Part shown: in pieces, positions 42,001 to 52,009 of the stretch
Position numbering within the stretch: the stretch's first letter is position 1
How the letters are laid out: each line of letters opens with the position of its first letter
The notes under the pieces: generated by a model
The model's database searches: none
What the model saw: only the letters and a program-made list of their open reading frames with translations
What the model was told of the DNA's origin: nothing
Source of the DNA: Myxococcota bacterium
GTDB lineage: Bacteria > Myxococcota_A > Polyangia > Nannocystales > Nannocystaceae
Direction of reading: 5' to 3'
Assembly (NCBI GenBank): GCA_039028615.1
Contig: JBCCHT010000002.1
Span: forward strand, 32,001-96,000
DNA length: 64,000 nt
Position numbers and translations under genes: made by a program

Positions 42001-44652
42001 ACCTATGAGGTCGAAGTCGTCGACGACGGCGAGGATCTCGGCACCCACTACCCCGAGCCCATTGCCGCCCTCCGGGTCACGCTGCGCGCCCTGCTGTCCA
42101 CGTTGCCCCGCGTGCAGCTCCAGCGAACCCACCTGAGCTCCGAGGCCTGGGTGCACACCACCCGCCTCGCCCCGCTCGCCCGCGCCGGTTCCATCCGCGT
42201 ACGAGCAGGACTCGAAGTCGACTACGTGCTGCCGCGAGTCGGCCGCGCTCGCGCTCAACGCATCGCCGTCTACGACCCGAGCTCGCGGGCGCTACTCGTC
42301 GACACCCGAGTGCTCATGGATCCCGCGGGCACGGTGACCGGCTTGGCCCAGGGCCTCATGGCCTGCATCTACGACGGGCCAGGCGAAGACCAGCTCGTCG
42401 ACATCGTGGAGATCCTACTGCGCCTGCGCTCGCGCGAGCGCATGGACGACTACCTCGACCAGCGCTTCTTCCCCACCGCGGACGAGGGCGACCAAGAGCC
42501 CGGCAATCAACTGGCCGCGCGCGTGGGGGAGCTGTTCGACTACGGGCTCGACCGACGCCTGGTCGCGCGCTTCGAGGCGCTCGCCGGTCGCTCGCTCGAC
42601 CGCTGGCGCGACCCCGCCGTGTTCGCCGATCTTCCCGACGATCAAGAACAGGCCGTGCGCACCGTCGTCGGTCGCATGCTCGCCGCCATCGAGCTCGAGG
42701 ACGCGCCGCAGCCCCTGGTCGAGGCCTTGGCTCTGCTGCTGTCCGCCCGCTCGCTCAGCGACGTCCCGGCCGGGCTACTCGCGCCGCAGGCCCAGCGCCT
42801 CGAGCCCAACCTCAGCGACGAGGTCGGCCCTCGCCCCGCCTCCCATCGCCCCGAGGGGCGCAGCTCGGCCTCGGCCCCATCGGCTGGCGATGCCGGCGGA
42901 AGCCCGCTCCAGTTCGACTCGGGTCCATCCAGCTTCGATCCCGATAGCGACGACATCCCCTCCCTCGCCGAGCTCGAGGCGCGCCTGGCCGAGCTCACCG
43001 GGCAACGCGACGGCTCCGCCCTCGGCGACGACGCCTCTCCGCACCGCTTCGTCATTCCCTCCACCACCGAGCCCTCGGGTACCGCCTTTCCCATCGCCGA
43101 TGGCGACGACCGGGAGCCCGAGCCCGTTCACGATCCGCTCGACGCCCCTGCCCCCGAGCAGAGCGGTGGCTTCTGGCAGCGCATGGCTCGACGCCTCGGC
43201 CTCACCGAGCCCACCCACGAGGAACCACCGCCCGCGTGGGCCGAGCCCGGTGCCAACGTCCTGGGCCCGAGCAGCCATATCGGTCCTCAGCTGTGGGTGC
43301 GGGGCCATACCTTGCGCGAGATGGCCACGCAGCGCGTCCCCATGGGCTTGCTGCATCAGCCGCAGGTGCTGCCTTCGCCCTACCGCTACGTCGTGCACAC
43401 GCTCGGGGTCATCTTCGATCGCCAGAGCCAGCGCTGGCACCCGCAGTCCTTGCCCGGGCTCAGCGGGCTCTACGACGGAGAGCGCACCGGAGCCACCGTC
43501 TCGTTCGCGGGCAGCCTCAGCCCGGGTCGCAGCGTGATCCCAGTGCCGCTGTTCGGCGACATCGTGCGCATGGAAGTCGTAGACGCCAACCCCAAGCTCG
43601 TGCGACCGCTCGGTCGCATCGAAGGCGGCAGCGCGGTGGTGGAGGTCGACGGAGGCCGAGCGATCGACCTACGCTACGAAGTCGAGCTGCGCCGCCCCCC
43701 CACGCTCACCGAGAGCCATGTCGAGGGCTGGCCCACGCCTCGCCCCACCGTGCCTCGCCACGAGCTTCCCCGCCCCGTTCGCGACTGGATCGATCGCAAC
43801 GCCATCCCCGAGCGCTGCGCCTGGGAGCAGGCTCGCCGCGCCGAGGCCTTCGTCCAGCGCAACTACCTCTACGACCTCGAATTCCGCGAGCGCCCCGAGG
43901 TCGAGCGAGCCGCCCGCGACCTCCGACCCGGCGTCGGCAATCACCACCTCACCCTGCTGCATGCCAGCGCCGACGCCCAGACTCTGGGTCGCGGCGTCTG
44001 CTACGAGCTCAACGTCCTGGTCGCCGAACTCCTGCGCCACCTGGGCGTGCCCACCATGATCGCCACCGGCTGGATGCTCGACGAAGGCTTTGCCGACCGA
44101 CCCGACCACCTGTTCGCCCTCGCCGTCCTCCCTTCTGCCGCCGGTCCTTGCTTGATGCCCCTGGATGCCGCCACGGGACCACGTGGTCCCGTTCGCCCCC
44201 TCGCCGGCTCGCAGCCTCCCACCGTCGACCTCTCCCCGCGGCGGCGCCCCTCGATCCTCGAGCCCGGCGGTGGCTGGGGTGGTCGCATGTTGCCGGGACC
44301 CGAGCGCGAAGTCGCCGTCGACGAGCACGTGCATTCGTTCCATCGCTTGCTCCGAGACGAACTCGACCGCGAGCGCGATGCTCTGTATCGATTGCTCCGC
44401 ATTGCCGAGGCCGCCCGCGGCACCGAACCCACGCCACGCCGGGATGACGAGCAGCTCTCCGACCTACGCGCACGAGCGATTCGAGCCCTGGGCGATCCCG
44501 CCCGACTCGCCCCGATGCTGGCGATCATTCGTGGGGACTACGATCACACGGAGGCGGTGCCCGACGTCGTGCAGGCGCTCGTGCGAGATGGGCTGGCCAC
44601 CGTGCAGAGCCGACCGAGCTACCGCGTGCGACCAGCCGATGAAAACCACTGA
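36016..44652 (+). CDS. Giant (2878 aa) sacsin/NOV-type GHKL ATPase - repeat region - transglutaminase-like protein
   Basis: ELLQNAEDA, HDGKPF, IGFFGVGFKS, YLPT..GHFDVPVDRE; C-terminal GVCYELN/DHLFA/PLDA; GGGGAGG RBS. Confidence 0.85.
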   Translation: MDSPPPFSALPLDEQLRQLEAALERGEDPRQLLRTCAGVRDHAPLAWLARRLLERDWLRGEDERAWTAGFLLEQPETAVDRVLKAWVGDGSFTKRRGDPLQDTLLAVLQQVGVDRVSVMCLVDRALKHNFSEARDAHVEALTARCAEALAAGRVDDVGIDQLAQVSSPGIATLRARAAEHGPQTAEALHETLKQLARRTLEVLGQAPKAVSQANAEELLSKRVYTDPGHFLVELLQNAEDAGARTFRLRFGPRRIEVWHDGKPFDTRDVVGVTSIGQTTKRKQQIGFFGVGFKSIYEITDRPQIYSDVYCFEIADVSIPKSLAGRPSTVSPDGTVLVLPLRAPDDPERSPEQLFGKARDLDAIVLFTLRRIDVIDLELEAADGTITKHSVHELAPDERGVSRIRQQPQGWVRGYAVHDAEHVYRGGLRAPGRADRTRVMVGVRVDEEGVPRALEPDTPTVYSYLPTEEHSGLRFFVQGHFDVPVDRERVTQDSRWNEWILSMVPQGLASLAEQLTADLPVETRARVAEGFLGVLPLMSELGSPIFRRIVLGLRAAFASMAIVPCEDGSLQPAASILHTEEELAALYEGEPVRLDGTVRYLALRQLPPRAIEVASMLGASRLRVGDLVDELDRCLSECSDGSRSEDSAAPIFLREPTSARLAACYEVLDGAVMRRTGAGPRRLADLSTMRRLRALPLVLSEREALYRPGSAIVRADPALREIYEGLRAFVHPDHDAAVDPEDPARATTTAFLERLGVHCLSVRDLVDELHSQLGSRTEPIADLAQTRFPGTPQRLAAAIALLAEASTPLQRRAARLPIFAARDGRYYPAARSPSDRNGVLLYEPGGIGTALLEYYGHERPVCAPDEDDPALSLLQSARTPALSLVSLVADLRDRAPSLDDDALERLHALLETLQDEVPDRTRRELAKLPIWPDTHGVRRPLIGDDAVRIPASPAIAALLPALPLLHPRVLARTHAREMGGDVVGIEALLDALAPEAEAPLRIEPTPASVTAVLEILREDKDSISPRMRARLVEVPAFLDDTNTPCRLDQLALAEDASLRQVYAHWPARRFVDPESLSRTAITELDLDGRLTRAKTETLVDDLAGVSAQLAGRVVHGDSTDEPLPFVHDGEHLRSVLQYCAARATALPRAALLRLCQVAIIPDTQGALGLLGDARRPDTGSEVYACAPSLRPTFSLMGSRILAPWADEILGPLLEAAGREALDIVALVARLKALPPVAPSEERAPAQTPEALAIIHQALVEGASVLAHHHPPEPRPGLAPSSRVLGALAIWPTRAGGVTTAEHVVDDDALQTLLPTTGPARQRLKAATLDPEATVRLRALAPLVVPTSASHFVAELVEAMARPGLPLHEQDPMLSDPLRLAQLYAFIGPDAPVHPAVDSTGRLRLHPLVRALPDTVALAEGTDLAERLLHPAMATALPEDLPFDSLRPDELVGALIGDHLDPGPMQEHPRLTDAKRRQRFYAWLVDHESAVFTDPDARVRLRSQPLFPTDRGTLRSADQLVVDPDLPQLDVDWTPHPELPAQTLSLLVRHLGIGRPPVEDLVADHLAPAYRTAAARGDGPGAARLLEYLARSTSSVPGSLIQALISIEGPALVEGSHGHFVDATGLLLPPTELVTAVESVFGTNHPPPHPRLTEATHGLLRTLGVPSVPPHAWVAEAMRAGVASVAAASGLALLVAYLHRDDPEGTLEQLPLTEVPWLLDGNGITRRPSALFHWTAEVQALVGEDPSLYPAPQISRIVGEALMARLGLRNVSDVRLPEVVAHIDASRKRSAPVPFRVYQWLERGLVEGWLDGAQLRASLSDRAWICSDDGEYHPHARVLGVRALEQFGQRRGYWERGRQQCPALCRIFAIATQVDSTALLAFLEEVAHDARLKGDASLLADEPALPRMLLRAYAALGADEEAQAGGLVLCRQCGGEDSGALALRPFEDPLVLRSDAPALEAMFSAAGTFFVAAPGSLEDRAAIDSYYQRGGLARLRETYEVEVVDDGEDLGTHYPEPIAALRVTLRALLSTLPRVQLQRTHLSSEAWVHTTRLAPLARAGSIRVRAGLEVDYVLPRVGRARAQRIAVYDPSSRALLVDTRVLMDPAGTVTGLAQGLMACIYDGPGEDQLVDIVEILLRLRSRERMDDYLDQRFFPTADEGDQEPGNQLAARVGELFDYGLDRRLVARFEALAGRSLDRWRDPAVFADLPDDQEQAVRTVVGRMLAAIELEDAPQPLVEALALLLSARSLSDVPAGLLAPQAQRLEPNLSDEVGPRPASHRPEGRSSASAPSAGDAGGSPLQFDSGPSSFDPDSDDIPSLAELEARLAELTGQRDGSALGDDASPHRFVIPSTTEPSGTAFPIADGDDREPEPVHDPLDAPAPEQSGGFWQRMARRLGLTEPTHEEPPPAWAEPGANVLGPSSHIGPQLWVRGHTLREMATQRVPMGLLHQPQVLPSPYRYVVHTLGVIFDRQSQRWHPQSLPGLSGLYDGERTGATVSFAGSLSPGRSVIPVPLFGDIVRMEVVDANPKLVRPLGRIEGGSAVVEVDGGRAIDLRYEVELRRPPTLTESHVEGWPTPRPTVPRHELPRPVRDWIDRNAIPERCAWEQARRAEAFVQRNYLYDLEFRERPEVERAARDLRPGVGNHHLTLLHASADAQTLGRGVCYELNVLVAELLRHLGVPTMIATGWMLDEGFADRPDHLFALAVLPSAAGPCLMPLDAATGPRGPVRPLAGSQPPTVDLSPRRRPSILEPGGGWGGRMLPGPEREVAVDEHVHSFHRLLRDELDRERDALYRLLRIAEAARGTEPTPRRDDEQLSDLRARAIRALGDPARLAPMLAIIRGDYDHTEAVPDVVQALVRDGLATVQSRPSYRVRPADENH

Positions 44653-44663
44653 GCTGACGCGTC

Positions 44664-46844
44664 CTAGCCTGCCGGAGCGGTGGCGTCGTCCTGCACCGCT
44701 GCGCGCCGGACTTGCACCGCGTGGCCGAGCATCACCGCCATGCCGCTGACCGGCTCGAGGTGCCCGCCGGGGATCACCTCGTTGACGTTCGCCCCCGGCA
44801 GGGCCTCTGCGCGTGTCATCGAGGTCCCGCGATGCCCCCAGCCGTGCGGTACGGCCACGACTCCGGGGCGCATGTCTTCGGTCAGCTGCGCCTGCAGCCG
44901 GATGACCCCCTGCCCCGTCTCGATCTCGATCTCGTCCCCATCTTCAATGTGGTGAGCGCTCGCATCCTCGGGGTGCAACAAGGCCGTATTGCCCGGCGGA
45001 AGCCGAATTCGGGGGTTGTTGTGCATCCAGCTGTTATGGGAGTGCCGCTGGCGGCGGCCGATGAGCACGAGTCGACCGGGGCGTGGGGCGAGGTGCTCGG
45101 CTTGCTCGTCGAGTCGGGGCAGGTCGGCGGCGAGCCGTGGCGGATAGAGCCGAACACGCCCATCGGGAGTCGGGACCCGGCGCCCGAGAAAAGAGCCGGG
45201 CTGCAGCGGAGGCAAGAGCACCCCGCCGGGCTCTCGCTTCAGCTGCGAAAGGGAGACGTCACCACCCCACCGCAGCAAGAGCGCGAGTAGATGGTCGGGG
45301 GTCAGCTCGGCTCGCCCGGGAAGCGCAGCGAGGACCCGGTTGATGTGCGGTAGCAGGTTGCCGACGCCTCCCCAGGGCTTGGCCCCGCACGCGACGGCGA
45401 GGTCGGAGAAGATGCGCCACTCCTCCCGACGCTCGAACTTGGGCTCGACGACCTTGGGAGTCCACTGGGCATGGGGGCGCACCTGAAGCAGCGCGTGCGA
45501 GGCGGGATAGTCCGAGCGCTCCAGCATGTCGGTGGCAGGCAACAGATAGTCGGCCTCGGCTGCGGTCTCGTTGCGATACAGGTCGATGGAGACGAGCAGG
45601 TCGAGCTTCTTCAGCGCGGCCGCCAGCCGCTGGCCGCCGGGCATCGCGTGCACGGGATTGCCCGCGGAGACGAACAGCGCCCGGATGCGCTCCGGGTGGT
45701 CGTTGTCGATCTCGTCGGGTAACGCGGCCACGGGGAAACAACCCGCGACGCGGTGCCAATCACCTCGCAACGTGCGGTGCTCGTCGAACGTCCCCAGGCC
45801 GATCCACTGCGCGAGCTTCAGGGTGTCGAAGGCCCCGCGCGGGAAGAGCAGGCCGCCCTTGCGATCGAGGTTGCCGGTAATGAGGTTGAGGCCCTGCACC
45901 AGCCAGTACGCGATCGAGCCGAAGGGACCCTGGTTGACCCCGGTGGACATGTACAGCGCGGCGGTCGGGGCATCGCGATAGGCTCGGGCGAGCTCCCGGA
46001 TGCGCTCGGCCTCGATCCCAGTGATGACGGCGACGCGCTCGGGGGTCCACGGGGCGGCCATGCCGACGAACTCGTCGATGCCGGAGGCCAGCGCCCGTGC
46101 GTCACGAAGGTCGAGCGAGTCCTCGTGGGTGAGCACGTGCAACAACGCCATCAGCAGGTAGGCGTCGGTCCCCGGCATGATCGGCACATGCTCGCCGACC
46201 TTGTGCGCGGTCTCGGTCCGGCGCGGGTCGACGATGACGACCCGGCCTCCCCGCGCCGTGACCCCTCGCAGCTGCGCCACGGCGTTGGGTAGCTGGATGA
46301 TGGACATCTGACTGACCATCGGGTTGCTGCCCAGGCACATGAAAAAGTGCAGGCCATCGAAGTCGGGGACGGCGTGAACCATGGACCGACCGAACATCTC
46401 GGTCGAGACGTGCAGCTTGTTGTTGTTGTCGACCGAGTGCGAGGCAAAGAGGTTGGGCGAGTGCAACGCCTCGAGGAAACCCGACGACAGCATGATGTTC
46501 TGGAAGCTGAAGTAGGTGGGGTTGCCGGTGTAAAGAGCCACGCTGCGGTCGCCGTGGGCCTCGCGAATCGCTCGGACCTTCTCGCCGATCTCGCCGATGG
46601 CCTGCGCCCAGCCGATGCGCTGGTAGCCGGTCGGGGTGCGCTTCATCGGGTAGTCGAGGCGGTCTTCGTCGTGGTGCAGCTCGCCGAGGGCGAGGCCTTT
46701 GACGCACGAGTACCCCTGGGACACGGGATGGTCTCGGTCGGGGCGGATCGCGACCACGCGCTCGCTCGCGGTGTCGACCTTCGCGACGAGGCCGCAGTGG
46801 GCTTCGCAGATCCGGCAGTAGGTTCGAGTCTCTCGGGTACTCAT
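44664..46844 (-). CDS. Molybdopterin-dependent oxidoreductase (bis-MGD family, cytoplasmic, 4Fe-4S)
   Basis: CRICEAHCG..CVKG, VDPRRTETA, ADYLLPA, PHGWG; no Tat signal. Confidence 0.92.
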   Translation of the reverse strand: MSTRETRTYCRICEAHCGLVAKVDTASERVVAIRPDRDHPVSQGYSCVKGLALGELHHDEDRLDYPMKRTPTGYQRIGWAQAIGEIGEKVRAIREAHGDRSVALYTGNPTYFSFQNIMLSSGFLEALHSPNLFASHSVDNNNKLHVSTEMFGRSMVHAVPDFDGLHFFMCLGSNPMVSQMSIIQLPNAVAQLRGVTARGGRVVIVDPRRTETAHKVGEHVPIMPGTDAYLLMALLHVLTHEDSLDLRDARALASGIDEFVGMAAPWTPERVAVITGIEAERIRELARAYRDAPTAALYMSTGVNQGPFGSIAYWLVQGLNLITGNLDRKGGLLFPRGAFDTLKLAQWIGLGTFDEHRTLRGDWHRVAGCFPVAALPDEIDNDHPERIRALFVSAGNPVHAMPGGQRLAAALKKLDLLVSIDLYRNETAAEADYLLPATDMLERSDYPASHALLQVRPHAQWTPKVVEPKFERREEWRIFSDLAVACGAKPWGGVGNLLPHINRVLAALPGRAELTPDHLLALLLRWGGDVSLSQLKREPGGVLLPPLQPGSFLGRRVPTPDGRVRLYPPRLAADLPRLDEQAEHLAPRPGRLVLIGRRQRHSHNSWMHNNPRIRLPPGNTALLHPEDASAHHIEDGDEIEIETGQGVIRLQAQLTEDMRPGVVAVPHGWGHRGTSMTRAEALPGANVNEVIPGGHLEPVSGMAVMLGHAVQVRRAAVQDDATAPAG

Positions 46845-47536
46845 GCGCTGCTCCTCGCCGGGCGCTTGGACCGACTGCGTTTGGGCTCGGCGCGGGCTTG
46901 CATGCCGAGCAGCATCAGCTCCACGCTGCCGAGCAAGGCGGAGCGAAAGTCGATGTCGAACAGCTCCATGTCTGGCTGCTCCTGGACGCGTCGCAGGGTC
47001 GGGCCGGGGTCGGACAGCTGCCCGAAGCCGAGCGCCATGGCGTGCACCTGCAGCAGCAACCGCGCGCCGTGGCCCGGGGCCAAAAACGGCAGGTGCCGCT
47101 CCCACTGGGCCCCGGTCTGCTCGAGCAAGGGAACGAGCGCGCGCCGAAACGCCAGCGCGGTCTCGAAGGAGACGTTGTTCTCGAGCACGACGTGCAAGAG
47201 CCCGAGCAGCCGCACCAGGGTCGGTCGCTCGAAGGCCTCACCGAGGATCCGCACGACGCCCCGCGGCCCGGCCGGGGCCCGCCGCTTGGCCAAGCCCGCC
47301 TGAAAGTCCGCGAAGAACTGCTCGATCTCCTGGCGGGCCACGGCTAGGAACAGCGCCTCTTTGGTGCCGAAGTAGAAGAACACCGTGCCCTTGGCGACCT
47401 TCGCCGCCTTGCCGATGGCCGCCATCGTGACCTCGTCGTAGCGCCGGGTCTCGAACAAACGACGTGCGGCCGCCGTGATGGCGTCGCGGCGCTGCTCCTT
47501 TTGATCGGGGGACGATGCGCGGGCGTAGCGAGCCAT
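46841..47536 (-). CDS. TetR family transcriptional regulator
   Basis: VTMAAIGKAAKVAKGTVFFYFGTKEALF HTH. Confidence 0.93.
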   Translation of the reverse strand: MARYARASSPDQKEQRRDAITAAARRLFETRRYDEVTMAAIGKAAKVAKGTVFFYFGTKEALFLAVARQEIEQFFADFQAGLAKRRAPAGPRGVVRILGEAFERPTLVRLLGLLHVVLENNVSFETALAFRRALVPLLEQTGAQWERHLPFLAPGHGARLLLQVHAMALGFGQLSDPGPTLRRVQEQPDMELFDIDFRSALLGSVELMLLGMQARAEPKRSRSKRPARSSA

Positions 47537-47557
47537 GACGAGATCGGATGGGGGATA

Positions 47558-47595
47558 GTCGACCCGGGGTCAACAATAGTTGACCCGGGGTCGAC
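47558..47595. promoter_or_regulatory. Tandem palindromic operator (2 x 17 bp, 21-bp period), probably bound by the adjacent TetR
   Basis: gtcGACCCgGGGTCaac at 47558-47574 and gttGACCCgGGGTCgac at 47579-47595. Confidence 0.75.
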
Positions 47596-47688
47596 GAGCA
47601 AGGCGCTCCGTTCCTCGACAAACGGCCCCCGGAGGCTCGGACGCGCCCGTTGCTCCGCTTGGCCGGGTCCTGCATGCTCGGGGCCACA

Positions 47689-48578
47689 ATGCTGCTTCGC
47701 CTCGCCATCACGATTTCGGTGCTCGCCGTCGCGGGCCTGGCTTGGGCCGGGACGGAGACGGCCTCGGCCGGGCTCAGCCTCGGCGTGGCCGCAGCCCTGG
47801 GCGCGGTGCAGGGCGCGACCGAGTTCCTGCCCGTGAGTTCCTCGGGGCACCTCGCGCTGGCGCAGGCGTTCTTCGGCGTGGACCCGGAGACGGGCGGACA
47901 CCGCTTCAGCATCGTCGCCCACGCCGGCACGCTGCTCGCGGTGCTGTGGATGTACCGACGCGACGTCATCGAGCTGGCCATGGTGCCGCTGCGACCGATG
48001 ACCGACTCCCCGGCGCGCCAGACCTTGATCATGATGGTGCTCGCGACGCTGCCGCTCGGGCTGGTGCTGATGCCCGGGGTCGAGGACGCCATCGTGACCG
48101 TCGAGAGTCACCCGCGCTTGGTCGGGGTCTGCCTGCTGGCGACCGCGGCGATCCTGTTCTTCGCGTTCCGTCGCCCCAGCGAGGCCGGAGACGAGGAAGA
48201 ACTCGCGCCCCCGAGCCCCAAGCAGGCGATCTTGGTGGGGTTGGCCCAGCTCTTCGCGGTCCTGCCCGGCATCTCGCGTAGCGGCTCGACGATCGCGGCC
48301 GGCCTGGGTCTGGGCATGGACCGTGCGGCGGCGGCTCGCTTCTCGTTCCTCATCAGCATCCCCGCCATCCTCGGCGCGCTGACCCGCGAGGTGACCAAGC
48401 TCGGCGACGAAGCGGGGAGCATCGACCCCCTGCCCTACGTCGTGGGCTTCGCGGTGAGCTTCGTGGTCGGCCTGGCGTGTCTGCGACTGCTGCTCGCGCT
48501 GGTCCGACGGGGGCGAATCGGCGGGTTCGTGATCTACCTGGCCGCGGTGGGGCTCGCGGCGGTCATCTGGGGCTCCTG

Positions 48579-48579
<1 letters not shown>
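47689..48579 (+). CDS. uppP: Undecaprenyl-diphosphate phosphatase
   Basis: QGATEFLPVSSSGHL and PGISRSGST motifs; start uncertain (47650-47689). Confidence 0.93.
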
Positions 48580-50093
<1,514 letters not shown>

Positions 50094-50095
50094 CG

Positions 50096-50503
50096 ATGGT
50101 CCGCGCATTGGTGACGAGTTCGGTCGGGTTGCTGTTGGGCGCGACGCTGGGCGTGGCGTGCAACGACGGGACGCAGGCGATGAAAGACCTGGCTCGGCAG
50201 GGGAACACCGAGCCGCTGTGTCGCCGGCACTGCGAGCACATCTTCGGCTGCAAAGCGGCGACCCTCACCGAGTCCGTGGCCAACTGCGTGCAAGGCTGCA
50301 TGGACGACGAAGACGCGTGGACCGCCGCCTGCCGCGAAGCGACGATCGCCAGCATCGCGTGTCACACGGCCCTGTCGTGCGAGTCGCTACGGCCGCTGTA
50401 CGAGGCCGAGGCGCTCGGTCCGGGTGATCCCTGCGACGCCGAGCGCAAGGCCCTGGACGATTGCCGACCCGCCCGCGAAGAGTTCATCTACTTCCAGTTC
50501 TGA
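50096..50503 (+). CDS. Cys-rich lipoprotein
   Basis: Lipobox GVAC; multiple Cys pairs. Confidence 0.7.
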   Translation: MVRALVTSSVGLLLGATLGVACNDGTQAMKDLARQGNTEPLCRRHCEHIFGCKAATLTESVANCVQGCMDDEDAWTAACREATIASIACHTALSCESLRPLYEAEALGPGDPCDAERKALDDCRPAREEFIYFQF

Positions 50504-50563
50504 TCTCGCTGCCACGTCCGAAAACGGCCAGACAGCGGCGGGTCGACGCGCTACCCCTATGTC

Positions 50564-52009
50564 GTGGCCCTCGATGCCGAAGCTTGCTACCAGGCGCTCC
50601 GCGCCCGGGATCCGCGGTTTGACGGGGTGTTCTACGTGGGCGTGGCCACCACCGGGATCTACTGCCGCCCCGTGTGCCCCGCCCGCACCCCGGGGCGCGA
50701 TCGCTGCAGCTTCTACGACCGGGCGGCCGAGGCCGAGCGCGCCGGGTTCCGAGCGTGCTTTCGCTGCCGCCCCGAGCTCGCCCCCGGAGCCGCGCGGGTG
50801 GACTCGGTGCCCAGCCTCGCCCGCCGCGCGGCCTCCAAGATCGAAGCGGGCTACCTCGATACCCAGTCGATAACGTCGCTCGCCGACACGCTGGGCGTCA
50901 GCGCTCGACACTTGCGTCGGGCCATGGAAGCCGAGCTGGGGGTGTCCCCCGTCGAACTCGCCCAGACGCAGCGCCTCGCGCTGGCCAAGCAGCTGCTGCA
51001 AGACACCGACCTGCCCATCGCCACGTTGGCCCACGCGGCGGGCTTCGGGAGCGTGCGTCGCTTCAACGCGGTGTTTCGTCGGCGCTTCGATCGAGCCCCG
51101 TCCTCGGTGCGTCGCGGGACGAGCCCGCCGAACGACGAACACGGCATCACCGTGCGCCTGGCCGCGCGCGCCCCCTTCGACGCGATGCCGATCCTGGCGT
51201 TTGTCGCCGCGCGGGCCATCCCCGGGGTCGAGCGGGTCGATGGCCAGGAGTACCGCCGGGTCACCGCGGCGGGAGACAACGTCGGCTGGATGAGCGTTCG
51301 GCCGCGGGCCGATGCCCCCGGGGTGACCGTGTCGCTGTCGCTGTCTTTGGCCCCGTCGCTGCCCCAGGTCATCGCCCGAGTACGCTCGCTGTTCGACCTC
51401 GACGCTCGCCCCGAGCTCATCGACCGCCACCTCGAGGCCGACCCCCGCCTGCGCGCCCGCGTCCGGCAGCGACCCGGCCTGCGCGTCCCCGGGGCCTACG
51501 ACGGCTTCGAACTCGCGATGCGAGCCGTCCTCGGGCAACAGGTGTCGGTCGCCGCCGCGACCACCATGAGCGGTCGACTGGCGGCACGCTTCGGCGACGC
51601 TCAGCCGCAGCTGGGTCCCACTGCGGTGCGCTTCCCCAGCGCGGCCCGGCTCGCTCGCGCCACCCAATCCGAAGTGGCCTCCATCGGCTTGCCCACGCGA
51701 CGCGCTCAGACCCTGCTCGCCGTCGCGAAGGCGGTGCACGAAGGCACCCTCGAGCTGTCTCCCGCCGCGGAGCTCGAGCCCACTCTGGAGACTCTGCTCG
51801 CGCTGCCTGGCATCGGGCCCTGGACGGCGCACTACATCGCCATGCGGGCGCTCGAGTGGCCCGATGCCCTCCCCGCCAGCGACCTCGTGCTTCGCCGTGC
51901 GCTCGAGGTGTCCACCGCCCGCCAGGTCGAGCGCTGCGCAGCCCCGTGGTCGCCGTGGCGGGCCTATGCCTGCATGCAACTTTGGGCGGGACCCACCGAA
52001 CAGGAATGA
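50564..52009 (+). CDS. alkA: Ada-type regulator / AlkA DNA-3-methyladenine glycosylase fusion
   Basis: TGIYCRPVC..RACFRCRP Zn domain, AraC HTH, AlkA N-domain, LPGIGPWTA HhH. Confidence 0.93.
   Translation: MALDAEACYQALRARDPRFDGVFYVGVATTGIYCRPVCPARTPGRDRCSFYDRAAEAERAGFRACFRCRPELAPGAARVDSVPSLARRAASKIEAGYLDTQSITSLADTLGVSARHLRRAMEAELGVSPVELAQTQRLALAKQLLQDTDLPIATLAHAAGFGSVRRFNAVFRRRFDRAPSSVRRGTSPPNDEHGITVRLAARAPFDAMPILAFVAARAIPGVERVDGQEYRRVTAAGDNVGWMSVRPRADAPGVTVSLSLSLAPSLPQVIARVRSLFDLDARPELIDRHLEADPRLRARVRQRPGLRVPGAYDGFELAMRAVLGQQVSVAAATTMSGRLAARFGDAQPQLGPTAVRFPSAARLARATQSEVASIGLPTRRAQTLLAVAKAVHEGTLELSPAAELEPTLETLLALPGIGPWTAHYIAMRALEWPDALPASDLVLRRALEVSTARQVERCAAPWSPWRAYACMQLWAGPTEQE

Noticed and set aside
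47555..47595. Mini-CRISPR from the direct repeat
   Set aside because: Only two copies, 21-bp period, no spacer and no cas genes; operator fits better
50512..50530. Possible Ada-binding box (gtccgaaaacggccag) upstream of alkA
   Set aside because: Does not match the E. coli Ada box and there is no second copy in the window
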